A DNA stretch of 35,059 nucleotides from NCBI GenBank assembly GCA_035714945.1, contig DASTLM010000374.1, forward strand, positions 1 through 35,059, given 5' to 3'. Shown here piece by piece: positions 1-8,973 of this stretch (within the stretch, counting starts at the first letter, position 1; every line of letters begins with the position of its first letter). This DNA comes from Dehalococcoidia bacterium (GTDB taxonomy: Bacteria; Chloroflexota; Dehalococcoidia; Lucifugimonadales; UBA3495). A program made the translations under genes and the position numbers. Below the pieces are notes generated by a model. That model saw only the letters and a program-made list of their open reading frames with translations. It was not told the DNA's origin and searched no databases.

Positions 1-13
1 GGACGGTCGTCCT

Positions 14-27
14 CGAACCATGGTCGG
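14..27 (+). promoter_or_regulatory. possible LexA (Cheo-type) SOS box upstream of recA
   Basis: CGAACCATGGTCGG resembles the Gram-positive SOS box CGAAC-N4-GTTCG. The left half is perfect and the right half has 2 mismatches. It lies about 100 nt upstream of recA. Confidence 0.25.
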
Positions 28-129
28 TTTAACCTGGAAGCGACCAATCAATACCCAGGGTCTGCTGACTTTCGCTCCTTGTTTGCGCCCCGCAGACTAT
101 GCTAGGATTTGGACCAGGAAAAAGAGGGG

Positions 130-1239
130 ATGAAGGGGCAAATGATGACCGAGAACAAAGAAAAGAAAGATAAGCTGGCGGCCTTGGAAATTGCCCTGGG
201 GCACATCGAGAAGGACCACGGCAAGGGTGCCGTGATGCGTTTAGGTGAAATTGCCCTGCGGCTGGCGACTGAGGTGATTCCCACCGGCTCACTAAGTCTA
301 GATATTGCACTGGGAGTCGGCGGCATTCCCCGCGGTCGAGTTACAGAGATCTACGGTGGTGAGTCTGCCGGTAAATCCACCCTGGCGATTCATATCATGG
401 CCGAGACTCAGAAACTGGGCGGAATCGCGGCTTATATTGACGCAGAGCACGCGCTGGACCCCAACTACGCCGCCAACTGCGGGCTAAATCTGGAAAGCCT
501 GCTGATTTCTCAGCCGGATAGCGCCGAGCAGGCCCTGGACATCACCGAGCAACTGGTCCGCAGCGGCGCCGTTGACATGATTATCGTCGACAGTGTGGCC
601 GCCCTGGTGCCCCAAGCAGAAATCGACGGCGACATGGGCGATACCCACGTTGGACTGCAAGCCAGGCTGATGTCGCAAGCCCTGCGCAAACTGACCTCCT
701 CCATTCATCACTCCCGGACTGCGGTGGTCTTCATCAATCAGCTGCGTGAGAAGGTGGGGGTCGTCTATGGCAGTCCGGAAGTCACTCCCGGCGGGCGGGC
801 GCTCAAGTTTTATAGCTCAGTCCGCATCGACGTACGCCGGGTTGAGTCGCTAAAGCAGGGTGCGGAAGTGATCGGCAACCGGGTAAAGGCCAGAATCGTC
901 AAGAACAAAGTGGCGGCGCCTTTCCGGGTGGCCGAGTTCGACATCATGTTCAACAAAGGCATCAGCAAGATGGGAGATTTGCTGGATCTTGGTGTCGATC
1001 AGGGAATCATCAAAAAGGCCGGGGCATTCTACTCCTACGGTGAAACTCGTTTGGGGCAGGGCCGAGAGAACGCTAAAGAGTTCCTCTCGGAACATTCGGA
1101 ACTCGCCCGGGCCCTCGAAGTGCGAATCCGAGGACAAGCACCCCCTCCGGGGCCAGGGTCCAGCAACGGCGCTCACCCGCCGGTGGCAGATTCAGAACTT
1201 TCCCCAGCCACGTTCTCCGCGCCGGAAGACACCAAATAG
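130..1239 (+). CDS. recA: recombinase RecA
   Basis: Walker [37 protein letters not shown] and an overall RecA-like translation. The start is ambiguous: TTG 109, ATG 130 or ATG 142. The stop is at 1239. Confidence 0.97.
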   Translation: MKGQMMTENKEKKDKLAALEIALGHIEKDHGKGAVMRLGEIALRLATEVIPTGSLSLDIALGVGGIPRGRVTEIYGGESAGKSTLAIHIMAETQKLGGIAAYIDAEHALDPNYAANCGLNLESLLISQPDSAEQALDITEQLVRSGAVDMIIVDSVAALVPQAEIDGDMGDTHVGLQARLMSQALRKLTSSIHHSRTAVVFINQLREKVGVVYGSPEVTPGGRALKFYSSVRIDVRRVESLKQGAEVIGNRVKARIVKNKVAAPFRVAEFDIMFNKGISKMGDLLDLGVDQGIIKKAGAFYSYGETRLGQGRENAKEFLSEHSELARALEVRIRGQAPPPGPGSSNGAHPPVADSELSPATFSAPEDTK

Positions 1240-1895
1240 TGGATCGAGATCCTCTGCACCCAGGTGGTATGCCTCCTACAGATTCGCTGGCAGATTCGCT
1301 GGCAGATTCGCTGGCAGATTCGCTGGATGGTGAGGGACCTCTGGTAAAGGCAAGGGACGCCGCAATACGCTTCTTGGGCTACCGAGCCCGCAGTGAAGCT
1401 GAAGTGCGGCGTCGGCTTTCCAAACAATATAGCCCTGAAGTCGCCGAGCAGGTTATTGAGACCCTACTGCGGCAGCACCTTCTCGACGACAGTTCCTTTG
1501 CCCAAGAATGGCGCAGCAGTCGGGAACAGCACCGGCCCCGGGCCAAACGAATGGTGCAGCAAGAATTGAGGCAACTGGGAGTCTCTTCCGAAATAATCCA
1601 GGACTCCCTGGACGGGTTTAGCGATGAAACGAATGCCTACAATGCGGGGATTAAATTAGTACGCAAGTTAACCGGCCGAAACTTCTCCGATGAGGAATTT
1701 CGCCGCCGCATTTCGTCGCTCTTGCAGCGGCGTGGCTTCAGCTACGGCACGGTCCGGGAAACCGTGGAGAAACTCTGCCAGGAGCTAGGGGCGGACTCGC
1801 TGCACCGCCAGCATGACGCCGAAGATAATGAAGAGGAAACTCAACCCCCAGATGCCAAATCCTATGGGAGTGCCCAGCAAACTGAGCAGAGTTAG
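1239..1895 (+). CDS. recX: recombination regulator RecX
   Basis: The GTG start abuts the recA stop. The RecX-like helical repeats include ARDAAIRFLGYRARSEAEVRRRL and LLQRRGFSYGTV. The acidic C-terminal tail looks low-complexity. Confidence 0.85.
   Translation: MDRDPLHPGGMPPTDSLADSLADSLADSLDGEGPLVKARDAAIRFLGYRARSEAEVRRRLSKQYSPEVAEQVIETLLRQHLLDDSSFAQEWRSSREQHRPRAKRMVQQELRQLGVSSEIIQDSLDGFSDETNAYNAGIKLVRKLTGRNFSDEEFRRRISSLLQRRGFSYGTVRETVEKLCQELGADSLHRQHDAEDNEEETQPPDAKSYGSAQQTEQS
1281..1327 (+). repeat. 12-nt tandem repeat x4 (gattcgctggca) encoding (DSLA)4 near the RecX N-terminus
   Basis: Direct reading: three perfect copies plus a fourth that ends gattcgctgga. Confidence 0.95.
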
Positions 1896-2336
1896 CCGGG
1901 CAACCAGAAAGGCGCCGGCCACGGATCCACCAGCCAACCAGGCCAGACCCACACTTCGCTTGCGGTTCACCGAGAGACTGATCAATTCCCCCGCCCCATA
2001 TCCAACGCCAAGAACGATAATACTGCCGACAAAAGAGAGGTTCAGCAGAATTAGAATTATATTGACCATGGCCCAGAGGATCCCGCCACCAACTGCTGTG
2101 GCGACTGCGACACCCACCGCCCGGGCATAATAGGTAGGCCGTACGTCGTAGGTCGGCATACGTACCCCTCGGCCGCACTCGCGGCAGCGAATGCCGACCG
2201 GAGCTTGCACCATGCAACTGGTACACACCCATTTGGCGCACTGGCTACAGAAAAGCCCGGTCTCGGTGTCGGGGTGCCAGAAGCAGGTTCCAGTATTGGC
2301 CCGTTCTGGTTGAACGTCCGGCGGTCGCTTCATCAC
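1785..2336 (-). CDS. B-box-type zinc-finger membrane protein
   Basis: The N-terminus has Cys clusters CFWHPD..CSQCAKWVCTSC..CRECG, followed by about four hydrophobic helices. The start is GTG 2336 or ATG 2333, immediately downstream of plsY. Confidence 0.7.
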   Translation of the reverse strand: MMKRPPDVQPERANTGTCFWHPDTETGLFCSQCAKWVCTSCMVQAPVGIRCRECGRGVRMPTYDVRPTYYARAVGVAVATAVGGGILWAMVNIILILLNLSFVGSIIVLGVGYGAGELISLSVNRKRSVGLAWLAGGSVAGAFLVARLTLLSLLGTPIGFGIWGLSFLFIIFGVMLAVQRVRP

Positions 2337-2342
2337 TACCCG

Positions 2343-3023
2343 CTATTGGTAATTGGTGGCTGGTGGGACCCGGTCAATCCACTGGTCCCGGTCATCAACA
2401 TCCCGGTCTTTAAGCAGCCGGTTCAGCAACACTTGCTTCCGGGGAATACCTTCAGGCGTTGGGCCACCGTTGGACAGGATCCGCTTCATAATTACTAACA
2501 TCAGCACCACCAGGCAAAACCAGATTAGAGCTGCCGGTTTTCCCAGAAGCAACGCGCCAAAGGGCAATCCAGTTAGCGCCACCAACGCCCAGATCCCGGA
2601 ACTCCTGGTGATCAGCCAACCTACTGCAAACACCAACAGAAAAGCCCCGAACAAATACGGAGATAACGCCAGCAGCACTCCTGAGATTACCGAGATACCA
2701 CGCCCCCCCTGAAAATGGGTAAACACCGACCAGTTATGCCCCGCAACCGCCAGGGCTGAAGCCAGCAATAGCCCCGGGGAATACTGATCCAATCCTGATA
2801 TGTAATGCCCAATTAAGACCGGAGAAGCCCCCTTTACCAGAACGTCAAACATCCCCGATGGTACCAGCCACCACTTACCCACCTGAGAGGCCACATTGCT
2901 GCCGCCCAGGTTCCCACTGCCGTATTCACGAATGTCGATGCCTCTAGCCAGCTTGCCGATGAGGTAGGCCGACGGCACCGCACCCACCAGGTAGGCATAA
3001 ATACACAGCCCGGCAATCTCCAT
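2343..3023 (-). CDS. plsY: glycerol-3-phosphate acyltransferase PlsY
   Basis: YLVGAVPSAYLIGKL, REYGSGNLGGSNV and multiple TM helices are typical of PlsY. Confidence 0.9.
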   Translation of the reverse strand: MEIAGLCIYAYLVGAVPSAYLIGKLARGIDIREYGSGNLGGSNVASQVGKWWLVPSGMFDVLVKGASPVLIGHYISGLDQYSPGLLLASALAVAGHNWSVFTHFQGGRGISVISGVLLALSPYLFGAFLLVFAVGWLITRSSGIWALVALTGLPFGALLLGKPAALIWFCLVVLMLVIMKRILSNGGPTPEGIPRKQVLLNRLLKDRDVDDRDQWIDRVPPATNYQ

Positions 3024-3042
3024 CAGCGGCTCTGATCCAGGG

Positions 3043-3891
3043 CTAACTGGAGCATCGAGTCAGCTTTCTGGATGCCTCCTCCAAACGCTCTACAGTTTCC
3101 ATCGGAGGGCCCTTGGTCCCTGGCAGCAGCTCTCCGGTATTGCCCAGACCATGATAATCGCTACCGCCGCAGGGTATCAGGTCGTGACGTTTGGCGATGT
3201 CCAGCAAACGCGCGATGGTGTCTGGCGAGTATTGTGCGTAGTGGACTTCCATGCCCACCAGGCCTGCCTCTTTCAAATGCTCGACTTTACTCTCGAGGTC
3301 CGCCAGCTGAGCGGGATGTGCCAGCACTGCAACCCCACCGATCCGTGACAGCATCGCCACGCCTTCTTCCGGGGTCATCTTCGCGCGGTGGGCGTAAGCC
3401 AGCCCGTTGCGACCCAAATACTCGGCGAAAGCGTCCTTGGGTTCTTTAAAGTAGCCCTTTTCCACCAGCGCCAGGGCAATATGAGGACGCCCTACCGAGC
3501 CATCGCCGGCTATTTCCCGCACCCGCTCCCATTCGATGTGAAGCCCATACTCGGCCAATTTTTCCACCATCGCCTTGCCGCGTTCCAGGCGACCTTCCCG
3601 AAACCGTCTGAGCACACCCTGGAACTGGTCATCTTCGTACCGAATAAAATATCCCAGCATGTGTATTTCATCACCGGGTATGTCGGTGCTCAACTCCAGC
3701 CCCGGGATGAGCCGCAGGTCGGGGAATTCCCTGGCTGCCTGGTAAGCCTCGGCCAGACCGTCGGTATTATCGTGGTCGGATACCGAAACCACCTTGAGGC
3801 CCTGGCGGGCCACCAGATTAATCAGTTCAGTGGGAGTCAAACGGCCGTCGGATGCGGTAGTGTGTAAATGAAGATCAACCACTGCGCCCAT
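3043..3891 (-). CDS. PHP-domain phosphoesterase (TrpH/YciV-like)
   Basis: DLHLHTTASDG and SVSDHDNTDGL are PHP metal-binding motifs, with GGSDYHG near the C-terminus. Confidence 0.9.
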   Translation of the reverse strand: MGAVVDLHLHTTASDGRLTPTELINLVARQGLKVVSVSDHDNTDGLAEAYQAAREFPDLRLIPGLELSTDIPGDEIHMLGYFIRYEDDQFQGVLRRFREGRLERGKAMVEKLAEYGLHIEWERVREIAGDGSVGRPHIALALVEKGYFKEPKDAFAEYLGRNGLAYAHRAKMTPEEGVAMLSRIGGVAVLAHPAQLADLESKVEHLKEAGLVGMEVHYAQYSPDTIARLLDIAKRHDLIPCGGSDYHGLGNTGELLPGTKGPPMETVERLEEASRKLTRCSS

Positions 3892-3893
3892 AT

Positions 3894-4664
3894 CTAGTCC
3901 ACCGTCCTGTCAATCCGCTGGATATTGGTGGCTCGTCCAGTTTCAGGGTCAATGTCCAGCAAAACCGAATTCATGGTCACCGGCCCATTAGCCACATTCA
4001 ACCTTTGGGGCATACCGGTCAGAAAGCGATCCAGGACCGCGTCAACTTCGCTTCCGATCACCGAATTGATCGGGCCGGTCATTCCTACATCGGTCAAATA
4101 CCCGGTGCCCCTGGGTAGTATTTTAGCGTCTACCGTGCCCACATGGGTGTGAGTGCCCAGGACAGCGCTCACCCGACCATCCAGATACCAGCCCAGGCCT
4201 TGCTTTTCCGAAGTAGCTTCGGCGTGAAAATCCACGATAATGATCTTGGGGTTTTCGGCGGTTTTCACGTCCTTCAGGATCGCGTCAGCGGTTCGGAAAG
4301 GGCAGTCCAGAGGCGGCATGAACACCCGTCCCATTAAATTCAGTATCATAACCCCGTTATGGAATAGAAAGCCGCGACCGGGGGCGTTTGGGTAGTTCGC
4401 CGGGCGTATCAGGGGCAGGCCTTCGTCCATTGCGGGAATAATCTCCTTCTGGTCCCAGATATGGTTGCCGGACGTCAGCACATCGACCCCATTGTCCAGC
4501 AGCTCGTAAGCCGTGTCGGGAGTGATGCCAAAGCCGCCCGCCGTGTTCTCGCCGTTGGCGACTACCATGTCGATTCCGAACTCCTGGCGGACCTCCGGCA
4601 AAAGGGATTTGATGGCCTGTCTGCCCGGCTTACCGATGATGTCACCAATCATTAGGATACGCAA
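3894..4664 (-). CDS. ymdB: YmdB-family metallophosphoesterase (2',3'-cyclic-nucleotide phosphodiesterase-like)
   Basis: MRILMIGDIIGKPGR..ANGENTAGGFGIT..TSGNH. The TTG start is preceded by an AGGATGG SD, and the gene sits downstream of rny as in Firmicutes. Confidence 0.9.
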   Translation of the reverse strand: MRILMIGDIIGKPGRQAIKSLLPEVRQEFGIDMVVANGENTAGGFGITPDTAYELLDNGVDVLTSGNHIWDQKEIIPAMDEGLPLIRPANYPNAPGRGFLFHNGVMILNLMGRVFMPPLDCPFRTADAILKDVKTAENPKIIIVDFHAEATSEKQGLGWYLDGRVSAVLGTHTHVGTVDAKILPRGTGYLTDVGMTGPINSVIGSEVDAVLDRFLTGMPQRLNVANGPVTMNSVLLDIDPETGRATNIQRIDRTVD

Positions 4665-4683
4665 GTTTTACCATCCTGGGTTT

Positions 4684-4730
4684 TCAAATTAAAAGGGACC
4701 CAATGCCGGGTAGCTCCGGTTTGGGTCCCT
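4684..4730 (-). terminator. intrinsic terminator between rny and ymdB
   Basis: On the minus strand AGGGACCCAA-17 nt loop-TTGGGTCCCT forms a 10-bp stem and is followed by TTTAATTTG. Confidence 0.6.
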
Positions 4731-4818
4731 GACAAGTTCCCCACAGTCTTTTCAGCAGCCTACCCCACCAAAGCCTCGCTGATTCGCATTGGTCCAGCAG
4801 CCACTGCCAGATCCCGGC

Positions 4819-6354
4819 TTAACGCGCATACTCGGAATTCCGAGTTTCTCTAATCACGGTTACCTTGATCTGCCCCGGGAATACCAGTTCTGTTTCCACC
4901 TTCTTGGCGATGTCCCGGGCCAGGGCAGCAGACTGGATGTCGTCCAGATCTCCGGGTTTGACCATCACCCGAACCTCACGCCCGGCTTGAATCGCGAAAG
5001 CCCGTTCCACACCGGCAAAGCTGACCGCCGCATCTTCCAGTTCCCGGAGTCGCTTGACGTACTGGTCAAGGGACTCTTTGCGGGCGCCCGGCCTGGCGGC
5101 GCTGATTGCATCGGCGGCCGCGACCAGGAACGACTCGATGGAGGAGTGTTCATCATCGTGGTGCTCCTTGATACAAGCGCAAGTCGCCTGGTTAACGCCG
5201 TATTTGGCGGAAAGCTCGGCACCGATTTCGGCGTGAGGTCCTGGGACCTCATGGGTCAATGCCTTGCCGATGTCATGCAGCAGACCGCCGACCCTGGCGA
5301 GTTGCACATTAGCACCCACTTCGGCCGCCAGCATGCCCGCCAGCAATCCCACTTCAATGCAGTGCTTGAGTACATTCTCACCATAACTGTACCGATACTT
5401 GAGCTGGCCCAGGTATCGGATTAACTCCGGGTCCAGACCGGTTACGGCCATGTCAAAGGTGGCCTGTTCACCGGCTTTCCAGATAGTCTGTTCGATGTCC
5501 TTGTGAGCTCGGTTGACCATATCCTCAATCCTGGCCGGTTGGATTCGTCCGTCCGTCACCAACTTTTGCAGGGCCAGCTTGGCGATCTCCCGCCGCACCG
5601 GGTCAAAACAGGATATAGTAACTACTTCTGGAGTATCGTCGATGACGATATCCACTCCAGTAAGGGCCTCCAATGCTCGAATGTTCCGGCCTTCGCGGCC
5701 AATGAGACGACCTTTCATCTCATCATTGGGCAGGGATACGGTGGACGTAGTAGTTTCTGATACTACGTCAGTCGCCAGACGGTTAATGGCTAACGTAATG
5801 ATGCTGCGGGCGTTTTCGTCGGCTCTTACCTTGAAGTCCTTCTCCAATTCGTAGTATCGGCGGGACAGATCATGCTCAGCCTGTTCCTGGCCTTTGAGCA
5901 CCACCATTTCCCTGGCCTCCGCCACACTTAGCTTGGACACTTCTTCCAACGCCCGAATCTGTTGTACCTTCAGCGCGTCTGCTTCGTTTAGTGCCCGTTG
6001 GACTTGAATTTCCTTCTCGGCAAGCCTGCCTTTTTGACCTTCAAGAGACTCGGTTTTGCGCTCCAACTGCTCTTCTTTCTGGGCGAACCGCCTTTCCAGT
6101 CGGACAAGCTCCTGGCGCTGTTCCTTGATTTCCTGCTCGCCCAAATTGCGTAGCTTCAACGCTTCCTCCTGGGCTATCAGGAGAATTTTCCGCTTGTCCT
6201 CATCCGCCTGGCCTAAAACTACCCTGGCTTCTTCTCTGGCGCTTGCCACCCGCTTACCGTCGATTGTGACGCGGAGGATGAGCCAAACTGCAACCCCCGA
6301 TCCAGCTATCCCTGCGGCCGCTAGAACGGAGAGGATAATGACTAGAACTGACAT
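4819..6354 (-). CDS. rny: ribonuclease Y
   Basis: N-terminal TM helix, a K/E-rich coiled coil, a KH motif IGREGRNIRALE and an HD motif LLHDIGKA. Confidence 0.97.
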   Translation of the reverse strand: MSVLVIILSVLAAAGIAGSGVAVWLILRVTIDGKRVASAREEARVVLGQADEDKRKILLIAQEEALKLRNLGEQEIKEQRQELVRLERRFAQKEEQLERKTESLEGQKGRLAEKEIQVQRALNEADALKVQQIRALEEVSKLSVAEAREMVVLKGQEQAEHDLSRRYYELEKDFKVRADENARSIITLAINRLATDVVSETTTSTVSLPNDEMKGRLIGREGRNIRALEALTGVDIVIDDTPEVVTISCFDPVRREIAKLALQKLVTDGRIQPARIEDMVNRAHKDIEQTIWKAGEQATFDMAVTGLDPELIRYLGQLKYRYSYGENVLKHCIEVGLLAGMLAAEVGANVQLARVGGLLHDIGKALTHEVPGPHAEIGAELSAKYGVNQATCACIKEHHDDEHSSIESFLVAAADAISAARPGARKESLDQYVKRLRELEDAAVSFAGVERAFAIQAGREVRVMVKPGDLDDIQSAALARDIAKKVETELVFPGQIKVTVIRETRNSEYAR

Positions 6355-6620
6355 ATAACCATTCCTTTCCGACTAGTTTACCGTATCTAAGAGACGGACT
6401 CTCTTGATTAGATATCGTATCGATAACCGCCGGATGTGTCAAGGCAAATCTGACCGACCACCGGGCCTCTTCAAAGCCCGCAAACAACCAAAATACCCGC
6501 TGGTAGGGCCGCAATCTCATGGCAAATGCGGGATTGATTCCGGGCCGCCGACCCTCGCCGAGACGACTAATCGACCCGGCAGATTGGCGAAATAGTATTG
6601 AGGCTAATCCGTTCTGTGCT

Positions 6621-6675
6621 CTATAATTACGCTATAATTACCCTATAATTACCTTTTAATTACCTTATAACTATA
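6621..6675 (+). repeat. 11-nt tandem repeat (ctataattacc) x about 5 carrying three phased TATAAT hexamers; candidate dnaJ promoter region
   Basis: Units lie at 6621-6631, 6632-6642 and 6643-6653, with degenerate copies at 6654-6664 and 6665-6675. TATAAT occurs at 6622, 6633 and 6644. Confidence 0.85.
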
Positions 6676-6719
6676 TGGAGAGTCTTGAAGACCTTTCAAC
6701 TTTTGTCGGTGGGTTCCTG

Positions 6720-7898
6720 ATGGCTAAATTAGACTATTATGAGGTCTTGGGCGTGCCCAAGAGCGAGTCCGAAGAGAATATTCGCCGGGCTTTCCGCAAG
6801 AAGGCCATGGAGTACCATCCTGACCGGAACAAGAATCCGGATGCTGAGGAAAAGTTTAAGGATATCAACGAAGCCTATCAAGTTCTCAGCGACGCCAAGA
6901 AGCGGGCCCAGTATGATCGCGTTGGCCATGCCGGAGGTAACAGCAACGGCGGCTTCGGCCGTCCCTTCGAAGGCTACGATGTGTTTGGTGGCTTTGGGGA
7001 TATTTTCGATTCCTTCTTTGGCGACGCCTCTGGGCGCCGGGCCAGCGAACCGCAACGGGGCGGCGATATCCAGCAACGAGCAACGCTGACCTTTGATGAA
7101 GCGGTGTTCGGCGTCGAGAAGGAGATCGAAGTCAATCGAGTCGAACCCTGTCATCACTGCTCCGGCGCTGGGAATGAGCCTGGCACCAGCGTGAAGACTT
7201 GCGGTACCTGCCAGGGTAACGGACAGGTACGTAGGACTCAGCGCAGTCTCTTTGGACAATTCGCTCAGATTACTACCTGTCCCACCTGTCAAGGACGGGG
7301 AAGCGTTATTGAAGTCCTGTGTACCAACTGCAAAGGCGCGGGCCTGGAACGCCGCCAGCGTAAAACCGCCGTGACGATTCCCGCCGGGGTGCAGGGGGGC
7401 ATGCAGATTAGACTCACTGGGGAGGGTGACGTGGGACGCAACGGGGGTCCGCCGGGAAATCTCTATGTTCAGGTGGCGGTAAAAGAACACCCGGTGTTTG
7501 AGCGGGAAGAGTTCGACCTCATCTACGAGTTGCCCTTGAATATGGTTGAGGCGGCTCTGGGAGCCGAGAAGGACATACCCACTCTGGAGGGTGACACTGA
7601 AGTCCTGAAAATACCCCACGGCACCCAGCCTGGCCACGAATTCCGCATCAAGGGCAAAGGCGTGCCTCATATCCACAGTAACCGCCGGGGTGATCTGCGA
7701 GTGCTGGTAGACATTCAAGTGCCGGAGCGTCTGAGCAACCGCCAGAGGGAGTTGCTAAGGGAATTGGCCGCGTCCTTCGGTCAGGATAACGGTCAAGACG
7801 ATGTTGAAGAGCAGCCTGAGGCCAAAGCGAATAACGAGGCAGAACATCATGACAAGGACAAGGGCATTTTTGGCCGCATCAAGGATGCTTTCGGTTAA
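6720..7898 (+). CDS. dnaJ: molecular chaperone DnaJ
   Basis: J domain [15 protein letters not shown], a G/F-rich linker, and four CxxCxGxG repeats ([32 protein letters not shown]). The ATG at 6720 fits the usual MAK.DYY N-terminus better than 6675. Confidence 0.97.
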   Translation: MAKLDYYEVLGVPKSESEENIRRAFRKKAMEYHPDRNKNPDAEEKFKDINEAYQVLSDAKKRAQYDRVGHAGGNSNGGFGRPFEGYDVFGGFGDIFDSFFGDASGRRASEPQRGGDIQQRATLTFDEAVFGVEKEIEVNRVEPCHHCSGAGNEPGTSVKTCGTCQGNGQVRRTQRSLFGQFAQITTCPTCQGRGSVIEVLCTNCKGAGLERRQRKTAVTIPAGVQGGMQIRLTGEGDVGRNGGPPGNLYVQVAVKEHPVFEREEFDLIYELPLNMVEAALGAEKDIPTLEGDTEVLKIPHGTQPGHEFRIKGKGVPHIHSNRRGDLRVLVDIQVPERLSNRQRELLRELAASFGQDNGQDDVEEQPEAKANNEAEHHDKDKGIFGRIKDAFG

Positions 7899-7934
7899 AT
7901 TATCCGACTAAAACCCCCTCCAGTTGACTATCGG

Positions 7935-7966
7935 ACAACCCGGAGACAGCGAACCGGGTTGTTTTT
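7935..7966 (+). terminator. intrinsic terminator after dnaJ
   Basis: ACAACCCGG-9 nt loop-CCGGGTTGT forms a 9-bp stem and is followed by TTTT. Confidence 0.6.
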
Positions 7967-7978
7967 CAGTGAGCAAAT

Positions 7979-8851
7979 ATGCAATGGCACGAGTTAAGCA
8001 TCGAGGTACCCTTCGAGTACGTGGAGCCGATCTCCTATCTGTTCGACCGCTACGGCCACGGCATGTCGATGGAGATCCTGGGCTCGGATCAGGTCCTGTT
8101 GCGGACCTACCTGCCATCCACATCTCGACAGAGACTGGCACACATCGAAGTGGGGGTCAAGCTGACCAGCCTGCTCCAGCCCCTGGGCGAGCTAAAGATC
8201 GAGCCGCTGCCACCTGACGAAGATTGGCAGAACGCCTGGAAGTCCCACTTCAACCTGCTCAAGCTGGGCCGGCATCTGGTAATCAAGCCCTCCTGGATCG
8301 AATACCAGCCAGAACCGGAGGATCTGGTAATTGAACTGGACCCTGGCATGGCCTTTGGCACGGGATACCATCCGACCACCTACACCTGCCTGGAGGCCTT
8401 GGAAAACCTGATCGAGCCGGGTATGAACGTTCTCGACCTGGGGGTCGGGTCAGGGATACTGACCATCGCCGCCGCCAAGCTGGGAGCGAGAAATGTCCTG
8501 GCCATGGATATCGATTCGGTGGCGATAAAGACCGCCCGTCAGAACTTCCGCCGCCTGGGAATCCTGCAACGGGTCACGTTGGTCCAGGGGACGCTGCCCA
8601 ACCCCCTGGCCCGGCCGGGCGAGTTCGATTTGGTCGTGGCCAACATTTCTTCCCGGGCAATCCGTGAGCGCGCGGCTCATATGCTGCCCTTGCTGAACCA
8701 ACCGGGGGCATTGATCGCATCAGGAATCATCAACGACCAGGCTCAGGAGACTGAAGAGGCTCTGGCGCGGGCCGGGTTCGTCGTACAGAATACTTGGCCC
8801 AAGGATGATTGGATCAGCCTGGTTTGCCGGGCAAGCAATATTTCGGCTTAA
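7979..8851 (+). CDS. prmA: ribosomal protein L11 methyltransferase PrmA
   Basis: MQWHELS N-terminus, FGTGYHPTT, the SAM motif VLDLGVGSGILTIAAAKLGA, and conserved dnaJ-prmA adjacency. Confidence 0.93.
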   Translation: MQWHELSIEVPFEYVEPISYLFDRYGHGMSMEILGSDQVLLRTYLPSTSRQRLAHIEVGVKLTSLLQPLGELKIEPLPPDEDWQNAWKSHFNLLKLGRHLVIKPSWIEYQPEPEDLVIELDPGMAFGTGYHPTTYTCLEALENLIEPGMNVLDLGVGSGILTIAAAKLGARNVLAMDIDSVAIKTARQNFRRLGILQRVTLVQGTLPNPLARPGEFDLVVANISSRAIRERAAHMLPLLNQPGALIASGIINDQAQETEEALARAGFVVQNTWPKDDWISLVCRASNISA

Positions 8852-8892
8852 ACTGTTTGGCTGAGTCGCTCAACAGAAATCAGGCCATTACA

Positions 8893-8973
8893 CCGGAAGC
8901 CTAGCTTTACCCGGAAGCCTAGCTTTACGAAGCCCAGCTTTACGAAGCCCAGCTTTACGAAGCCCAGTTTTAC
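8893..8973. repeat. compound tandem repeat: 18 nt x2 (ccggaagcctagctttac) followed by 15 nt x3 (gaagcccagctttac)
   Basis: Direct reading. The last copy (gaagcccagttttac) overlaps the cysK stop codon at 8970-8972. Confidence 0.95.

Noticed and set aside
4830-4845. 16-bp perfect palindrome ACTCGGAATTCCGAGT at the 3' end of rny
   Set aside because: It lies inside the coding sequence (TRNSEYAR-stop) with no T-tract on the transcribed strand. The real terminator is the stronger hairpin at 4684-4730.
4789-5424. 211-aa ORF antisense to rny (and the similar 15733-16329 ORF antisense to the LLM oxidoreductase)
   Set aside because: Both are embedded in confidently assigned genes on the other strand.
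6355-6620. Possible ncRNA or small ORFs (88 aa minus, 63 aa plus) in the rny-dnaJ intergenic region
   Set aside because: I could find no recognisable RNA-family core, no tRNA-like T-arm and no convincing RBS. The region is most simply divergent promoter and leader DNA. It remains unresolved rather than positively assigned.
6729-7718. 329-aa ORF antisense to dnaJ
   Set aside because: It lies entirely inside the unmistakable DnaJ CDS on the opposite strand. The translation is low-complexity with no motifs, which is a typical GC-rich antisense artefact.
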